From positions 1-59,052 of IMG/VR virus record IMGVR_UViG_3300025030_000115: 59,052 bases of DNA, one strand, 5' to 3'. The translations under genes and the position numbers were made by a program. Shown here piece after piece: positions 54,386-59,052 of the stretch. This DNA is from a virus. Taxonomy: Duplodnaviria; Caudoviricetes. The notes beneath the pieces were generated by a model. That model made no database searches. It was given only the letters and a program-made list of their open reading frames with translations, and was not told the DNA's origin. Numbering within the stretch: the first letter of the stretch is position 1; every line of letters begins with the position of its first letter.

Positions 54386-57300
54386 TTAACCTAAAGCCAT
54401 TTTTATAGTCTTTAACGTAGAACCTCTTTTAATAATATCTAAGTTGATTACGTTAATTATTTGAGCGTCGGTGGTCTGAGGAATATCATCAGGATTTACT
54501 ACGTTAACTATCTGAATCGTTCCAGCTAACCCACCCCCAGAAGGGTTTCCGCTGCTATTAGAAGAACCGCCTACCAAACCGCCAGTAGCCATTTTCCTAA
54601 TCTTGCCCATGTTAAGGTCATCCATGAAAGTAACTCCCAAGGATCTTACTACATCAGCCTTAACAACATACTCGTCAGGCATTGCCATGATGGGCACAGA
54701 GTCAATTCCGGGAGTTCCGCCTACTACTCTACCACCACCAGCGAACTTAGGGGCACTTAAACCATTAGCTCCTAATGTATAAGTTCCTGTGCTAGTAGAG
54801 GAAGACATAGCAGACCCTCCCCCACTACCCGCGCTTGACCCAAACAACCCCACTAACTGCTCTGCTGCCCAAATCACCATAAGTTTGATGTAGTACTTCT
54901 GAAGCTGACCAGCAATGTCCTGCATTACTTCCCCTAGAGTCTGTCTGAAAGACTTCCAGCTCCACTCCAGTTTGGACAATTTGCTTATGGATTGGTCTAG
55001 CAAATCAACCATTCCGTTCAGACCTGTATTTACAACCCCCAAGCCTAATTCTTCAGAATTACTTTTTACATCACCCATCCCAATAAGACCTTGAGAAGCG
55101 CCTTTCTTGAAGTTTGCTACGGGACCAGTCTCAGCTTCTTCCTTTCTTTTCCTTCTTATGGTTTCTTCCAGCTCTTTAATTTCTTCTAAAGATTCTGTTA
55201 TGAGGATGTACCTGTTAAGCTGTTTGTCCAAAACCTCCTTGTCTATGTCTGTCTTAACCATAGCAGCTTCCAAAGTTTCTATCTCAGTCTGGTAAGCTTT
55301 AGCTTTGGATTCCGTATTGGCTATCTGTGCGTCTAATATACCAAGTTCAGCTTCTCTTACCTCTGAAGAAGTTTTGGCTAAGTCTTTTTCTAATTCTAGC
55401 CTTTTGGTAGTATTTGCTAGAAGTTTGTCAGCGGCTTTTACATCTTTGTCAGAAGTGTAGAGTTCTTCTTTTTCCTTCTTCTTTTTAAGATCTGGAATTT
55501 TTGCGTTTCTAAGATCACTTCCATCACTCGCTAAATAACCTTGAGCGTCCACGACCGGATCTATACTTCTCGTATAGGCGGTAGGGTCACGTTTAATAAG
55601 ATCCTCGTATTTCTTTTTGTTCAGCTTTCCTTCTTCTGTTTTTGGAAATACGAAGGGGTCTGGCTTAGAAGGATCGTACTCAGCGCCTATGTACGTAGCT
55701 TGTTTTATGTTCTGTTCTTCTTTAAACGCCTTGAGGGTTTTTACAGTTAAATTTCTGATCTGCTCCTGAATAGCCTTCTTCTTTTCTTCATACAGAGCAG
55801 GATCGGTTTCTCCTTTAATGTCTTCCATAGCCGTAGCTAGTTCTGTTTCGAGTGACTTTAAAAGTTTCTGCTGAAGTAATTTAGCGTTGTCATTTCTGAA
55901 CCTACGCGCTGCTTCGTCTTGGTCAATTCCAGTAGGCCCGTTATTGTTAAAACGATCACCTATGCCCGGAGTTGGAGTCTTCTTGGTGTCAGACTTAGGC
56001 ATCTCGTAGGGCTTACCTTTTTTCATAGTACTGAAATTAAGGTCGTAAATGTCGTAAGTAGCATTGGGGTCTGTAGGCTCCCAACCAGAACCTGCGGCTA
56101 GTGCTGTGGAAGCCCTATCCATGTTGTCACGGTTGTTCGGGTCTGCACTGAACTGCGCCTTCCTATCTTCTCTCTTCTTATTGAAAATTTCCTGTATAGT
56201 CTCTTGATTAAGAACCTTATCACCAGACCGTAAAGGATACCCTCTTTTTTTAAGGGACGCTAATGCCTCTCTCTCCTGCTGGGCATATTCAGCCATGTCC
56301 TCATCGTAACTATTCCCTAATCCGCCCCAAGTTTTTTTAGCCTTAGCTCTATTCAAAGCACCTATAGTAGAGTTATATTTACTAAGATTCATATCAGACA
56401 TTTTTTCCATCTGATCGTTGGCTTTTTTAATGGACTCTGCAAGTTGCCCATACTTAGTTACAGAAGTATCTATGACACCATGTAGAGAGGGGGTGGTTCT
56501 AACTAGTTTCTCAAGTTCCTCTCTATGCTCTCGGGTAATTGTGTTGTTAAGTTCTCCCGCCTGAGTAGCCTTCCCATACATATCAGTGATGACTTGAAAA
56601 GCCCTCTGTGTATCACTCATATCTTTGGTCAGCTTTCTGAACTCTCGGTTAGCCTTCTCAGTTTCTGGAGAGAGACTTCCGAATTTAGCTATCAAAGCAG
56701 TTAATGCTATCCCTGCTAACGAAAGCCAGATTGTTAGAGGGTTGCTTGCTGTGAAAGCAATCAAAGCAGCTCTACAGGTATACACAGCAGTTCCTACAGC
56801 CAATAGAGCAGAAGCGACAGCTAAGACCTTTCCTTCGGTAGTCATCAAGCCACGAGTTATGTTAAGTAACGCTTGATACCCTACTCCGATTATACCGTTA
56901 AACTCAGTAATAGAGCCTATCAACTGCACGAAGGTCTGACGCAGAATATTCATTTTAGCGCCAACGCCTTCCATGACTTTACTATAGGCAACTAGAGAAG
57001 CATTTCCAAGAGATACGTTCCTTTCCATCTCTTTGAAATACTCAGCTCCCGCCGTAACTGCCGCAGAAACAGAACGCCCAGCAATCTGCCCAAACCCCTT
57101 GAGCAAGTCTTGAACAGGTATTGCCTTGCCCCCGTCAGCAGTTTGTAATGTCTTTATAATCTCACTAAATTTGTGAAGGCGAGGGTTTAACTGATCTAAC
57201 TCAAGGTTGTATGCTTTAGCTAAATCCTTAACACCCTTGGTAGGAGCCATAAGACGCGTAAGCAACTGACCTGTACCAGTACCAATAGTAGAAGCTTTAA

Positions 57301-59005
57301 CACCCATCTGAGACATGGTTGCTATGATTGCCGTGGTTTCCTGTATTGAATAACCCGCCTGTTTAGCCATAGGAGCTAAATAGTTAAATACTGTGGAAAG
57401 TTCATTTACCTCCAACTTAGCAGAGTTAAGACCAGCAGCCAAAGTATTAGCTACTATCGCAGAATTCTTAGCTTCTATTTCCCAGACGTTAAGGGCTGTG
57501 GTCATAACACGCACAGAGTTTTCGGCGCTAGACCCAGTTCCTGTAGCGAACATTGCAGTGACTTTGGAGACTAACGGGACGTCTTTTTCACTAACACCGG
57601 ACTGAGCTAACAGGTTCATCAGCTTCATAGTTTCCTGAAGATCCATTTTAGAATTTCTCGCAATGGATTCAGCAGAAAGCCCGAAGCGTTTGATACCAGC
57701 TTCCGAGGCGTTAGATATACCAGCGGTGTCTGCTAAGGCTTGGTTAAACTGTAGCAGCTCAGACACAGCAGTTCTAACTTGATTGGATATAGCAAATAGT
57801 ATGCCACGAATAGCATAGAACTCTACTAAGTGCTTTGTAACTTTGCCCAAAGATTCACCAAATAAGGTCCCTGCGCCAGTGGCTCTATGTGAGGATTTAA
57901 CAAACTCGTCGTGTGCTGCGTTAGCTTGACGTAACCTATCTACATATTTTGTGTCTACAGAAGCCCTTACAAAACCATCTCCATAGGGGTTAGGCTTGTA
58001 TTCTACCCCAGCAGTTCCTACTTGCCCATTCCAAGCTGCTTGTTGCGCTGCTTGCTTGGCTCTAGCAGTACGGTCAAGTACTTTAACAGTAGCAGCACCC
58101 GCCTCCTCTTCGTGTCTTCGTTTAGCAATGAGCATTGCATCGTGTTTTGCATTTAGCCGCGCTTCTTCTGCTGCTTCAGCTTTTCGTGCGGCAGCAGTCC
58201 GTTGAAGAACTTTAATGGTGCCTGCTCCGAGTTCTTCTTCGTACTTGCGTCTTGAAGCCAACATTGCATCGTGTTTTGCATTTAGCCGTGCTTCTTCTGC
58301 TACTTCAGATTGCTTAGCTTTTTCAGTGCGCTGTAAGATCTTTACGGTATCTGTTCCGAGTCTTTCTTCACCTTTACGTCTAGCATCCAGCATAGCATCA
58401 TGCTTAACATTTAATCTGGCTTCTTCCTCTGAGTCTGTCTTTTTACTAGCAGCAGTTCTACGAAGCATCTTTAAAGTAGTGTCACCAATTTCTTCTTCGT
58501 ATTTTCTACGAGTAGACAGCATAGCGTCGTGCTTGGTGTATAAGGCAGCTTCTTCCTTCAGGGCAGCTTTTCTATGAGCCTCATTCATTCTCTGAGCTGC
58601 TGCAAATGCCGATTGCTGCTGCTGGAAGGTGACAAATTGACTGCCAAGTTTTACTAAGTTTCCACTGTAGTTGGTGATAGTGCTGCTACTTTGGGTAATT
58701 ACCTTATTCAGCTCGCCGTGATTCAGAGCAGTTTTTGTAATAGCCCCGCTAGTCTCTTTCAATACAGCGTTGTATTTGGCTGCACCTTGCTCTACTAATT
58801 TAAACTGAGCATTGGTTAATTTAGAAAAATCTAGAGAAGTCTTTTCAGCTTTCTTGGTAGCTTCTTCTACAGCTTTGATTTGTTTAACCGCCGCATCAAC
58901 ATTTATAGACGCAAACGCTTTTTGAATATCGTCAATTATTTTTTTGAACCCTTCGTTCAGGGATACGTTTAGTTCTATACCTAACTGTTGCTTTGTATCT
59001 GGCAT
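54386..59005 (-). CDS. Tail tape measure protein (TP901-type core)
   Basis: 1539 aa, helical; YLAPMAKQAGYSIQETTAIIATMSQMGVKASTIGTG; C-terminal FAGGG..GTPGIDSVP...EYVV, MATGGLVG. Confidence 0.92.
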   Translation of the reverse strand: MPDTKQQLGIELNVSLNEGFKKIIDDIQKAFASINVDAAVKQIKAVEEATKKAEKTSLDFSKLTNAQFKLVEQGAAKYNAVLKETSGAITKTALNHGELNKVITQSSSTITNYSGNLVKLGSQFVTFQQQQSAFAAAQRMNEAHRKAALKEEAALYTKHDAMLSTRRKYEEEIGDTTLKMLRRTAASKKTDSEEEARLNVKHDAMLDARRKGEERLGTDTVKILQRTEKAKQSEVAEEARLNAKHDAMLASRRKYEEELGAGTIKVLQRTAAARKAEAAEEARLNAKHDAMLIAKRRHEEEAGAATVKVLDRTARAKQAAQQAAWNGQVGTAGVEYKPNPYGDGFVRASVDTKYVDRLRQANAAHDEFVKSSHRATGAGTLFGESLGKVTKHLVEFYAIRGILFAISNQVRTAVSELLQFNQALADTAGISNASEAGIKRFGLSAESIARNSKMDLQETMKLMNLLAQSGVSEKDVPLVSKVTAMFATGTGSSAENSVRVMTTALNVWEIEAKNSAIVANTLAAGLNSAKLEVNELSTVFNYLAPMAKQAGYSIQETTAIIATMSQMGVKASTIGTGTGQLLTRLMAPTKGVKDLAKAYNLELDQLNPRLHKFSEIIKTLQTADGGKAIPVQDLLKGFGQIAGRSVSAAVTAGAEYFKEMERNVSLGNASLVAYSKVMEGVGAKMNILRQTFVQLIGSITEFNGIIGVGYQALLNITRGLMTTEGKVLAVASALLAVGTAVYTCRAALIAFTASNPLTIWLSLAGIALTALIAKFGSLSPETEKANREFRKLTKDMSDTQRAFQVITDMYGKATQAGELNNTITREHREELEKLVRTTPSLHGVIDTSVTKYGQLAESIKKANDQMEKMSDMNLSKYNSTIGALNRAKAKKTWGGLGNSYDEDMAEYAQQEREALASLKKRGYPLRSGDKVLNQETIQEIFNKKREDRKAQFSADPNNRDNMDRASTALAAGSGWEPTDPNATYDIYDLNFSTMKKGKPYEMPKSDTKKTPTPGIGDRFNNNGPTGIDQDEAARRFRNDNAKLLQQKLLKSLETELATAMEDIKGETDPALYEEKKKAIQEQIRNLTVKTLKAFKEEQNIKQATYIGAEYDPSKPDPFVFPKTEEGKLNKKKYEDLIKRDPTAYTRSIDPVVDAQGYLASDGSDLRNAKIPDLKKKKEKEELYTSDKDVKAADKLLANTTKRLELEKDLAKTSSEVREAELGILDAQIANTESKAKAYQTEIETLEAAMVKTDIDKEVLDKQLNRYILITESLEEIKELEETIRRKRKEEAETGPVANFKKGASQGLIGMGDVKSNSEELGLGVVNTGLNGMVDLLDQSISKLSKLEWSWKSFRQTLGEVMQDIAGQLQKYYIKLMVIWAAEQLVGLFGSSAGSGGGSAMSSSTSTGTYTLGANGLSAPKFAGGGRVVGGTPGIDSVPIMAMPDEYVVKADVVRSLGVTFMDDLNMGKIRKMATGGLVGGSSNSSGNPSGGGLAGTIQIVNVVNPDDIPQTTDAQIINVINLDIIKRGSTLKTIKMALG
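58040..58555 (-). repeat. Four 129-bp (43-aa) repeats in the tape measure N-terminus
   Basis: EEARLNAKHDAML..RR..EE..G..T.K.L.RT x4. Confidence 0.85.
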
Positions 59006-59021
59006 CTCAATCTCCGCTGTA

Positions 59022-59035
59022 TAGGTAATTACCTA
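59022..59035. promoter_or_regulatory. Palindrome TAGGTAATTACCTA (perfect copy 4)
   Basis: 17 nt upstream of the tape measure start. Confidence 0.7.
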
Positions 59036-59052
59036 AAAAGAAATAGCGAACT

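Noticed and set aside
1-59052. Alternative genetic code or stop-codon recoding
   Set aside because: Long genes are intact in the standard code, and TAA, TAG and TGA all end tightly packed genes.

Overview
This window is about 59 kb of a large, AT-rich, apparently lytic siphophage genome with T5-like gene content. No integrase, repressor, tRNA, rRNA or CRISPR array was seen. The + strand (1-38.1 kb) carries replication, recombination and nucleotide-metabolism genes: ATP-dependent ligase, a PRPP-synthetase/NAMPT pair (NARP1-type NAD+ reconstitution), SF2 and DnaB helicases, primase, PolA, flap endonuclease, SSB-like protein, SbcCD, RuvC, dUTPase, ClpP- and HslV-like proteases, NrdDG and three homing-endonuclease-like genes. 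The - strand (38.2-59 kb) carries a lambda/T5-like tail module (tape measure, M, JAB, L, NlpC/P60, I-J fusion, J-like fibre, DUF4376) and an endolysin-like gene plus a lipase. The two arms converge on a bidirectional terminator. Most notable: (1) a separately promoted late operon with two fibre-like proteins carrying mucin-like Thr/Pro/Ala tracts, coupled to a two-domain glycosyltransferase, a candidate virion O-glycosylation system; (2) a four-gene paralog array with conserved junction repeats and variable cores; (3) an apparently inactive DNA-ligase paralog fused to a Zn finger; (4) an RNA ligase / phosphoesterase / RlmN-like cluster whose radical-SAM enzyme lacks the resolving Cys; (5) a recurrent intergenic palindrome TAGGTAATTACCTA and a phage-specific promoter GTAATA-N17-GTATATAAT. 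All calls come from motif reading by eye; no database searches were run.
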